Origin: Thermoplasmatota archaeon
GTDB lineage: Archaea; Thermoplasmatota; Thermoplasmata; UBA10834
Length of the DNA: 64,000 bases
NCBI GenBank assembly: GCA_040751795.1
Contig: JBFMHR010000001.1
Coordinates: 64,001 to 128,000 of the forward strand
Reading direction: 5' to 3'
Positions 38,510 to 46,285 of this stretch are shown piece after piece. The translations under genes and the position numbers were made by a program. Below the pieces are notes generated by a model. That model was not told the origin of the DNA, ran no database searches, and saw only the letters and a program-made list of their open reading frames with translations. The stretch's first letter is position 1; each line of letters begins with the position of its first letter.

Positions 38510-39724
38510 TCACCGGGACGGCTTCTGACCGGGCTTCCTCTTCTGAGGCGACCGCGCCTCGGCCGGGGCCTGGGCGGGCGGCTTGGCCTTGTCGAGCCTG
38601 GAGAACGGCTCCGGCCAGTCGACCGTGTGGATGCTGGGAGAGCCCTCCCGGTCCCTGTAGTACTGCTGGTAGAACTCCTCCGCCACGTTCGGCACCACCG
38701 GGGCGACGAGCTTCAGCAGCCCCAGGCCGGTGGACCACATGACGTACCACGACGCCTCGTCCTTCGAGTCGAGGCGCTTCCCCTCCGTCGAGAGGTAGCC
38801 GCTGGAGATGTCGTTCGCTATGAACTCCTCCACGACCCTCAGCGCTGCGACGGCGTTCCCGTCCTGGATGTGCTCCTCGACCTTCTCCGCCGTGTTCAGG
38901 AAGGACTCCATCAGTCCCTTGTCCTGGTCCTTCAGGACCAGAAGCTCCGTTATCGGCTTGACCTTGATGCGCTTGGTGATGAACTCCTCGAGGCTCCAGA
39001 GCTGCTTCCAGAGGCGCGTCTCCTGGCGCCTGAGGTCGAGGAGCGTCCGCGCGTCGGAGTACTCCCTCGTCTGCACGGCCGTGGCGAGGTTCCTGATGGA
39101 GTCCTGGATCGAGTCCACCTGCACCCCGCTCCTGCTGAGGGCGGGGGTGAGCTTCAGGACGTCCTTGATGTAGCCGCGCAGGTGGCTGTGCCACTCGAGC
39201 CGGTCCTCCAGGAGGTCCTTCGCCATCATCATGTTGGTCATCGCCTGGTCGAAGCGGCCCTCCCTGTAGGCGCCTATCGAATCGACCACGAGCTCCTCGA
39301 TGTCCTGGCAGAAAACGGCGGCCTTCCTCGCCTGGGTGACGAGGTCCTTGACGGACCTGTAGGTGGAGAGCATGTTGAGGCTGCTGAAGTTCCTCTCCTC
39401 GAGGATGCGCGCAGCGGCCTCGGAGATCGCCCTGTTCTTGCTGAAGACGCACTCGACGAGGGCGAGCTCGCCCGTCTCCGACTGGGTCAGCCGCCCGATG
39501 CTGGCGCGCACCTGGTCCCTGATCTTCGGGTTGTCGATGTTGTAGTGCTTGAGTAGTACAGGGACGATGGCGAGGGGGTTCTTCCTCCCGTGCTCCTCTA
39601 TCCTGTCCAGCATCTTCCGCCTCCTCCCGGGGACGAACGAGGACAGGTCCGAGGTCAGGTGCCGGTCGATCCTGAGGCTCTCAACGTCCTTCGACATCTC
39701 GACGTCGGCGTCGCTGACGTACAT
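38510..39724 (-). CDS. Helical protein with a C-terminal class Ia aaRS anticodon-binding-like domain and no catalytic domain
   Basis: C-terminal LLKLVAPVVPNVAEEFYQ...SIHTVDWPE resembles the Val/Ile-RS anticodon-binding bundle; no HIGH or KMSKS; start uncertain. Confidence 0.65.
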   Translation of the reverse strand: MYVSDADVEMSKDVESLRIDRHLTSDLSSFVPGRRRKMLDRIEEHGRKNPLAIVPVLLKHYNIDNPKIRDQVRASIGRLTQSETGELALVECVFSKNRAISEAAARILEERNFSSLNMLSTYRSVKDLVTQARKAAVFCQDIEELVVDSIGAYREGRFDQAMTNMMMAKDLLEDRLEWHSHLRGYIKDVLKLTPALSRSGVQVDSIQDSIRNLATAVQTREYSDARTLLDLRRQETRLWKQLWSLEEFITKRIKVKPITELLVLKDQDKGLMESFLNTAEKVEEHIQDGNAVAALRVVEEFIANDISSGYLSTEGKRLDSKDEASWYVMWSTGLGLLKLVAPVVPNVAEEFYQQYYRDREGSPSIHTVDWPEPFSRLDKAKPPAQAPAEARSPQKRKPGQKPSR

Positions 39725-39881
39725 CTCCCTGCTCAAGACAGACACCTGGCACGTTCGGATGATGATGCGCATACATAAGTCTTTTCGGCTCTTCCCCGGA
39801 CGGGGACGACTGGGGTCCCGCATCAGGCCGGGCAAAGGTTATGATAGGGCACCGCGGTACAGCCCCCAAGGGGTGAGAAGA

Positions 39882-40451
39882 ATGGGAGTGATGGAGTTCC
39901 TGGAAGGCATATGGGACAACCTGTATGACAAGCTCCTGTCGGGGATACCGAGCGCGATCGTCGCGGTGATCGGCGGCGTGATATTCCTCATAGTGGCGCT
40001 CCTGATCATAATGGTGATCAGGGCGATACTGAGGAAGGTCTTCAGCAAGCTGCCGATCAACAAGAAGATCAGCGGGCTGCTGGTGACGATAGTCTACGCG
40101 CTGATGCTGTTCATAATAGTGGTGTCATTCCTGGAGATGATCGGGCTCGGGCAGGTCGCCCTGGCCTTGGGTGCCGCGATCGCGTTCATAGCCTTGGCCG
40201 TGGGCATGGCGATGAACAGCGTCCTGGGGGACTTCGTGGCGGGCGGGTTCCTGCTCGGCGAGAAGGACTTCGGGGAGGGCTTCCAGGTCGAGGCCGCGGG
40301 CGTCAAGGGCACCGTGGTCGAGGTCGACATAAGGAAGACCAGGATCCAGGGGGACGACGGCGTCCTGTACGTCATACCGAACAAGGCCGTCGAGGGAGCC
40401 ACCTGGAAGGTCTTCAAGAGGCCGGCCAAGACCGAGAAGAAGCTCTTCTAG
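39882..40451 (+). CDS. mscS: Small-conductance mechanosensitive channel family protein
   Basis: 3 TM, LGDFVAG, G.V.EVDIRKT, VIPN. Confidence 0.85.
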   Translation: MGVMEFLEGIWDNLYDKLLSGIPSAIVAVIGGVIFLIVALLIIMVIRAILRKVFSKLPINKKISGLLVTIVYALMLFIIVVSFLEMIGLGQVALALGAAIAFIALAVGMAMNSVLGDFVAGGFLLGEKDFGEGFQVEAAGVKGTVVEVDIRKTRIQGDDGVLYVIPNKAVEGATWKVFKRPAKTEKKLF

Positions 40452-40472
40452 GCCCGGGACGACGCAAACCCC

Positions 40473-41198
40473 TTATCGGTTTCTCATTCCCCCGATGCCA
40501 GGGAACCTCAGAGGTGCGGTCCCCGAGAACGCAATTGGGCTGAGCGCGTCCGTGTCGACGTCCGCCAGGAGCGGGGACATGTCCCTCAGCCGCTCCTCCC
40601 CGACCACCTCCACCCCCCCGGCGACTATGCTCATCGCCGGCAGGACGAGGAGCTCCTGCTCCTCGGAGTACAGGAAGCAGCCGTCCTTGAGGCCCGCCCG
40701 CGGCCCCTCCCTGGGCGCGAGCGACGGGTGGATGTGGCCCATGACCGTGGGCCTGCCGTCCAGCGCCCCCTCGTGCCCGTGGACGATCCGGACGCCGGAG
40801 ACGGAGGCCTCCTTCAGGAACGGGACCCCCAGCCCCCTCAGGATGGAACCCAGGTAGTTGTCGTGGTTGCCCCTGACCACCTCGAGCGGGACGGAGCCGC
40901 TGAGCCCCTCGACGAACCTGGACACGTCGTCCCACTCCTGGGAGAGGTTCCTGGAGAAGTTGTGCTTCAGGTCCCCCGCGACGACGAGCTTCGACGGCCT
41001 GACGCGCTCGACGAGGTCGAGTATGGTCCGCTGGACCTTCCTCGTCTGGACCCTGGGCAGGCTCAGGCCGTCCTGCTCGAGCGCCGCCTCGCACCCGAGG
41101 TGGAGGTCCGCGACCACCATGACGTCCTCCGGGGTAACCAGCGCAGCGCCGCCCGGGAGGACCCTCAGCCTGTCAGAGAGCCTGTATCCTCTCGCCAC
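40473..41198 (-). CDS. Metallophosphoesterase (ICC-like, COG1407-type)
   Basis: ADLHLG, GDLKH, GNHD, HGH, GHIHP. Confidence 0.9.
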   Translation of the reverse strand: MARGYRLSDRLRVLPGGAALVTPEDVMVVADLHLGCEAALEQDGLSLPRVQTRKVQRTILDLVERVRPSKLVVAGDLKHNFSRNLSQEWDDVSRFVEGLSGSVPLEVVRGNHDNYLGSILRGLGVPFLKEASVSGVRIVHGHEGALDGRPTVMGHIHPSLAPREGPRAGLKDGCFLYSEEQELLVLPAMSIVAGGVEVVGEERLRDMSPLLADVDTDALSPIAFSGTAPLRFPGIGGMRNR

Positions 41199-41293
41199 GC
41201 CCGCCCATAGGCGCCGTCAGGATAACAAACTTGTCACTAGTTTCCCCGACCCGACCAGCGGGTTGAATACCCCTCCTGGCCATCCCCGTGGGG

Positions 41294-42067
41294 ATGCTGG
41301 AGCACACCTTCGTGCACCTCCCCGGGGTCGGGCGCGCCACGGAGTCCTCGTTCTGGAAGCGCGGGGTGACGACCTGGCGCGAGTTCCTCTCCGAGCGCAG
41401 GATCCCCAGGGTCTCGGACGAGAGGAAGGCGGCCATGGACGCGCTGCTCCTCGAGGGCGTCGAGCGCCTCAGGGACTCCGACTCCAGGTACTTCCGTGCG
41501 AGGATGGCGGACGGGCACCTGTGGAGGCTCCTGAGGGATTTCAGAGGCGGCACGGTCTACCTGGACATCGAGACGACCGGGATATCCGTCAGGTCGCCGG
41601 TCACGGTGGTGGGCGTGCACACCGGGAGCAGGACCCACACCCTCATACGCGGCAGGGACCTGAACGGCCCCAACCTCGAGGCCATCCTGTCGAGCGCCAG
41701 CCTCCTGGTCACGTTCAACGGAAGGGGGTTCGACATCCCGGTGCTCAGGGCCCAGTTCCCCGGCAGGGTCCCCGACACCCCGCACGTCGACCTGCGCCAC
41801 CTGCTCGCGAGGCTAGGCCACCGCGGCGGCCTCAAGGCCATCGAGAGGGAGCTGGGGGTGGAGAGGGACCGGAGGGTGGAGCTCATGACCGGGGCGGACG
41901 CGGTCTACCTGTGGAGGCTCTGGGAGAGGCGGGGCAAGGCGAACGCTCTCGACCTCCTGGTCGAGTACAACACGGCCGACTGCGAGAACCTCAGGGGGCT
42001 GGCCGAGTACGCATACGACAGGATGAGGCGGCAGACCTTCTCCGCGGTCGCCCGCGGCAAACCTTGA
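41294..42067 (+). CDS. RNase H-like DEDD 3'-5' exonuclease (YprB/RNase_H_2)
   Basis: YLDIETTG, TFNGRGFD, HVDL, GGLKAIE, YNTAD. Confidence 0.9.
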   Translation: MLEHTFVHLPGVGRATESSFWKRGVTTWREFLSERRIPRVSDERKAAMDALLLEGVERLRDSDSRYFRARMADGHLWRLLRDFRGGTVYLDIETTGISVRSPVTVVGVHTGSRTHTLIRGRDLNGPNLEAILSSASLLVTFNGRGFDIPVLRAQFPGRVPDTPHVDLRHLLARLGHRGGLKAIERELGVERDRRVELMTGADAVYLWRLWERRGKANALDLLVEYNTADCENLRGLAEYAYDRMRRQTFSAVARGKP

Positions 42068-42096
42068 TTATCGGACCGGCGGTTAAGGTCATAGGG

Positions 42097-42243
42097 ATGG
42101 ACGGGCTACTCGCACTCATCATCGCGCTCCTGGTCTTCGCGGGCATAATATTCCTCGCCAGCCGGACGGCACGCACCATATTCATCGTGGGCATCGGCAT
42201 GATCGTGCTCGCGGCGCTGGTCTTCTTCGGGGTGATCGGGTGA
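42097..42243 (+). CDS. 48-aa two-TM membrane protein
   Basis: MDGLLALIIALLVFAGIIFLASRTARTIFIVGIGMIVLAALVFFGVIG; its TGA overlaps the GTG of the next gene. Confidence 0.7.
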   Translation: MDGLLALIIALLVFAGIIFLASRTARTIFIVGIGMIVLAALVFFGVIG

Positions 42244-43730
42244 GCGCCGGCGCGGAGGAGTTCTCGAAGAGGCTGCCCCCCGGGCTCTGGGCGTCCGCCA
42301 AGGAGGCGGCGGCAGCGCTGGTGGGCGCCTCCAGGGTCGTCGTCGCGACGCACATAGACGCCGACGGGATATCCGCGGGGGCGATCGCGGCCACCGCCCT
42401 CGGGAGGAAGGGTGTGATGGCCGAGGTGAGGTTCTTCAAGAAGCTGGACGACGAGGCCATCGCCTCTCTGTCCGCGACAGGCGCCGACATCGTCTGGTAC
42501 ACGGACCTCGGCAGCGGCTCGGCCTCGAAGCTCGGGGGGAAGCAGACGGTCGTCTCCGACCACCACGTCCCCGATACGCAGTCAGGCGGGTCCAACGTCA
42601 CGGGCCAGGCGAGGCTCTTCGACTTCTCAGGCGTCCTGCATGTGAACCCCCAGCTGCACGGGGTGTCCGGGGCCACCGACCTCAGCGGGGCGGGGGCGAC
42701 CTTCCTCGTCGCGGCGGCCCTCGACGGCCGCAACGCCGACCTCTCCCACCTCGCCGTGCTCGGCGGGGTCGGGGACCTGCAGGACCAGCGGACGAGGAGG
42801 CTCGAGGGGCTCAACAGGGAGATCTCCGCGCTCGCGGTGTCCGCCGGCGTCCTCGAGGTGGTCCAGGACATAAGGCTCTTCGGGCGCGAGACCCGGCCCG
42901 TGCACAAGATGCTGGAGTACTCCTCGGACCCGTTCCTCCCTGGCATCACGAGCGACGAGCAGTCGGCGATATCGTTCCTCCTGAGCCTGGGCATCGAGCT
43001 CAAGGAGGGGGACGCCTGGAGGACCTGGGCGATGCTGTCCCGGGACGAGAAGGACACCGTCATCGGCGCCCTCAGGGAGATGCTCTCCAAGAGGTCGCGG
43101 AGGCCGGAGTCACTGCTGAGGCTGACCGGGGAGGTCTACGTGCTCAGGAAGGAGGCTGCGGGCTCCCCGCTGCGGGACGCGAAGGAGTACGCCACGCTGC
43201 TCAACGCGTGCGGGAGGCACGCGAGGGGCGAGGTCGGCCTGGCGATATGCATGGGGGACAGGGGCGCCGCCCTCCAGGAGGGGCTCGCGCTCCTCCGGGA
43301 CCACAGGTCCGCCCTGAGCCAGGCGATCTCGCTCGCCAAGGACCTGGGCGTGACGAGGCTCAGGAACATCCAGTACTTCGACGCCGGCCCGGACATCGAG
43401 GAGACGATAGTCGGGACGGTCGCGGGGATGCTGCTCGGCGAGGCGGGCTCCGACAGGAGCGCGCCCATGGTCGCCTTCGCCGACTCGGACGAGTACTCGG
43501 AGGAGCCGAAGGCGAAGGCCTCGGCGAGGGGGACCCAGGACCTGGTTTCGAGGGGGATGGACCTCTCCGTCGCGATGCGAAGGGCGGCGGAGGCCGTGGG
43601 CGGCGTGGGCGGGGGCCACAACATCGCCGCAGGGGCGACGATACCAGCGTCCAGGAAGGAGGACTTCCTGGACGAGCTGGACCGGACCGTGGAGGAGCAG
43701 CTCAGCTCCCGAGCACGGCGACCAGGATAG
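42240..43730 (+). CDS. RecJ-like DHH/DHHA1 nuclease
   Basis: HIDADG, TDLGSG, SDHH, LSGAG, GDLQ, LLNACGR, GGGHNIAAGA. Confidence 0.9.
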   Translation: MSAGAEEFSKRLPPGLWASAKEAAAALVGASRVVVATHIDADGISAGAIAATALGRKGVMAEVRFFKKLDDEAIASLSATGADIVWYTDLGSGSASKLGGKQTVVSDHHVPDTQSGGSNVTGQARLFDFSGVLHVNPQLHGVSGATDLSGAGATFLVAAALDGRNADLSHLAVLGGVGDLQDQRTRRLEGLNREISALAVSAGVLEVVQDIRLFGRETRPVHKMLEYSSDPFLPGITSDEQSAISFLLSLGIELKEGDAWRTWAMLSRDEKDTVIGALREMLSKRSRRPESLLRLTGEVYVLRKEAAGSPLRDAKEYATLLNACGRHARGEVGLAICMGDRGAALQEGLALLRDHRSALSQAISLAKDLGVTRLRNIQYFDAGPDIEETIVGTVAGMLLGEAGSDRSAPMVAFADSDEYSEEPKAKASARGTQDLVSRGMDLSVAMRRAAEAVGGVGGGHNIAAGATIPASRKEDFLDELDRTVEEQLSSRARRPG

Positions 43731-44631
43731 CCTTCTGGGCGTGCATCCTGTTCTCGGCCTGGTCGAAGACGACGCTGTGCGGCCCGTCCATCACTCCCGC
43801 CGAGACCTCGAGGTCCCTGTGGGCGGGGAGGCAGTGCAGGAAGATCCAGTCCTTGTTGGCCTTCTCAGCGAGCCTTTCGTTGACCTGGTAGGGCAGGAAG
43901 AGGTTCTCCCTCTCGGCCTTCTCGGTCTCCTGGCCCATCGACACCCACGTGTCCGTGTATATCACGTCGGCGCCCTCGCAGGCCTTGTGCGGGTTGGACA
44001 TCAGCTCGATCCTCGCCCCGGTCCTCTTCGCGACCTCCTCGGCCTTCGCGACGATGTCCGCGTTCGGCCTGTGGGACTTGGGGGTCGCGGCGCGCATGTT
44101 CATCCCGACGAGGGCGCAGCCGAGCAGGAGGGAGTTGCAGACGTTGTTGCCGTCCCCGACGTAGGTCAGCTGGAGGCCCTTCAGGGCCTTCTTCTTCTCC
44201 AGGACCGTCAGGAGGTCGGCGGCGCACTGGCACGGGTGCTCGAGGTCGTCCAGGCCGTTGATCACGGGCACCTTGGCGTGCTTGGCGAGCTCCCTCATGA
44301 CCTGGTTGCTGAACGCCCGGTACATGATGCCGTCGACGTACCTGCCCAGGACGTTGGCCACGTCGTAGGCCGACTCCCTCTTGCCGATCTGGACCTCGTT
44401 GGGGCTGATGTAGAGCGAGGTCCCGCCAAGCTGGGTCATGCCGACCTCGAAGGACACCCTGGTCCTGAGGCTCGGCTTCTCGAAGACCATCCCGAGGACC
44501 TTGCCCCTGAGGGGGTCCTTCTTCTGCCCCTTCTTGGGCCCTGACTTCATCCTGAGGGCCTCGTGGAGGATCTGCTCGAAATCGTCCTTCATGTCGAGAA
44601 CGGAGATGATGTCGCGCTTCAGTCCGATCAC
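43702..44631 (-). CDS. argF: Ornithine carbamoyltransferase
   Basis: FEKPSLRTR, HPCQ, GDGNNV, YTDTWVSMG, FLHCLPA, QAENR. Confidence 0.95.
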   Translation of the reverse strand: MIGLKRDIISVLDMKDDFEQILHEALRMKSGPKKGQKKDPLRGKVLGMVFEKPSLRTRVSFEVGMTQLGGTSLYISPNEVQIGKRESAYDVANVLGRYVDGIMYRAFSNQVMRELAKHAKVPVINGLDDLEHPCQCAADLLTVLEKKKALKGLQLTYVGDGNNVCNSLLLGCALVGMNMRAATPKSHRPNADIVAKAEEVAKRTGARIELMSNPHKACEGADVIYTDTWVSMGQETEKAERENLFLPYQVNERLAEKANKDWIFLHCLPAHRDLEVSAGVMDGPHSVVFDQAENRMHAQKAILVAVLGS

Positions 44632-44694
44632 CGTGCCCCCCTCTATCGCCAGCGCCGACTTAAGCCTTTTGCGCGCGGCCCGTGCCCGGACGGG

Positions 44695-44832
44695 TCACCC
44701 GGCGCATCGGGACAGCCCGCAGAACAGGCAGGACTCGCAGCCCGACGTCCTCACCATCGGTCCGCCGCACTCCGGACAGTGCGCGCGCGCATCGACCCCC
44801 TCGATGGGGTCACCGCATGAAAGGCACTCCAT
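44695..44832 (-). CDS. 45-aa Cys-rich protein resembling the C-terminal Zn-ribbon/redox tail of class II RNR
   Basis: Manual translation MECLSCGDPIEGVDARAHCPECGGPMVRTSGCESCLFCGLSRCAG; purine-rich SD-like sequence upstream; not in the ORF track. Confidence 0.65.
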   Translation of the reverse strand: MECLSCGDPIEGVDARAHCPECGGPMVRTSGCESCLFCGLSRCAG

Positions 44833-44981
44833 GTCTCATCCCCCTGCGACCGTGACGGCGGGGCATGGGCAATACCCTGACCGCAGGGGGTCGACGAAAG
44901 TACCCTCGCCCAGAGGTGCCAGACAGGGCACGGGGGGTTGTGATAATGTTTATCTATGGAGACCACATGATGCCCGTCCGT

Positions 44982-45056
44982 GGCCGGGGTGGGGTAGTGG
45001 TATCCTTGGGGACTGTGGATCCCTTGACCCGGGTTCGATTCCCGGTCCCGGCCCCA
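44982..45056 (+). tRNA. tRNA-His (GUG) with encoded G-1 and 3' CCA
   Basis: Acceptor GCCGGGG/TCCCGGC, anticodon arm GGGGA-CTGTGGA-TCCCT, T arm CCGGG-TTCGATT-CCCGG, C73 discriminator; TATA-like TTTATCTA upstream. Confidence 0.96.
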
Positions 45057-45075
45057 CGTCCCCTATCCCCAGCCC

Positions 45076-45435
45076 TCACTCCGTGAAGCGCGCACCGCAG
45101 TGCGGGCACGCGTCGTCCTTCTCGCCGACGGGTTTGCCGCACGCAGGGCACTCGTAGGCCGCCGCGTCCTGGACCCCGGCCCCCGGCGCCTCGGTGGGCC
45201 CGTCCAGGTCCATGGTGGCGGCCTCGTCGACGGCCTCCGCGAACAGGGAGAACTGCGTCCCGCACTCGTCGCACCTTGTCTGGACCGCGGAGACGATCTC
45301 GCCGCAGAAGGGGCACTCGAAGCACATGTCCTCGAAGGACGCCCCGCACCGGGGACACCTGTCCTCGGCGCCTGACACCGTCTTCCCGCAGGAGAGGCAT
45401 GCCAGGACGAAGACCGGCGGCGACTCTTCGGACAT
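45076..45435 (-). CDS. Multi zinc-ribbon (DZR-type) protein
   Basis: Six CxxC motifs (CLSC, CPRC, CPFC, CDEC, CPAC, CPHC). Confidence 0.82.
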   Translation of the reverse strand: MSEESPPVFVLACLSCGKTVSGAEDRCPRCGASFEDMCFECPFCGEIVSAVQTRCDECGTQFSLFAEAVDEAATMDLDGPTEAPGAGVQDAAAYECPACGKPVGEKDDACPHCGARFTE

Positions 45436-45521
45436 GCCCCTCATTATCGGCCTGCGGATATATAATGCGTTGCTGCTGACCAGCGGGATGGAGAAACGAT
45501 GGCTCGCGGAGGGCTCATCGC

Positions 45522-46226
45522 CTATGCTTCTTGGGCTTGGCCCTCGCCAGCGGCGACTTCTTCGCCGGCTTGGAGGGCTTGGCGTGCTCCTTGGCCGGGT
45601 GCTTCTTCGCCGGGGCCTTCTTGGGCTCGTGCCTCGGCCTTGCGCGCCTTCGCGTGCCTCGGGGCGTGGACCTCTGGCTCCGCCGCCACGGCGACGGGGG
45701 CCGCGGCCGCCGCCTGCGCAGGCGCCTCCTCCACGGGTGCGCCCTCCTCCGGGAGCTCCTCGAACACGGCCTGGCAGCCCCCGCACGACTTGGCGGATAT
45801 GGATATCTTCTCGCCGCACACCGGGCAGTCGACCTTGGCCTCCTCGAGGGGGAGGTCGCAGCGTGGGCACTTCTCCTCGTCGCCGCGGATCATGAGGCCG
45901 CAGCCGGGGCAGGCCACCCTGCGGATGGTGGACTTGAGCTGGTCCAGCTCGTTGTTGATGATGCCGTCTACGAAGTCGTCCATGTCGAAGCCGGAGCTCG
46001 TCCTGACGACGCTCTCGGAGAACTCGGTCAGGTCGATGCCGCACGAGGCGCACTTGGTGGCGTTGCGCCATATGAGGCCGGAGCAGAAGGGGCACTCGAA
46101 GAGGGTCCCGGGGCCGAACTGCAGGCCGCACCTGGGGCACTCCGCATCGCTCGACCTCACTATCCTCCCGCACTTGAAGCAGCTCAGGAAGATGTCCCTG
46201 CTCTCCGCGGCTTCCATCATCGACAT
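45522..46226 (-). CDS. Multi zinc-ribbon protein; C-terminal tail probably frameshifted
   Basis: Eight CxxC motifs; N-terminal half aligns with 45076..45435; the alternative frame gives a K/P/A-rich tail ending at 45515. Confidence 0.8.
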   Translation of the reverse strand: MSMMEAAESRDIFLSCFKCGRIVRSSDAECPRCGLQFGPGTLFECPFCSGLIWRNATKCASCGIDLTEFSESVVRTSSGFDMDDFVDGIINNELDQLKSTIRRVACPGCGLMIRGDEEKCPRCDLPLEEAKVDCPVCGEKISISAKSCGGCQAVFEELPEEGAPVEEAPAQAAAAAPVAVAAEPEVHAPRHAKARKAEARAQEGPGEEAPGQGARQALQAGEEVAAGEGQAQEA

Positions 46227-46285
46227 GAAATAGCATCCCCGTTATTTAAACTCTGGAACCCGTAGTCCGACGCGCGACACCGCCC

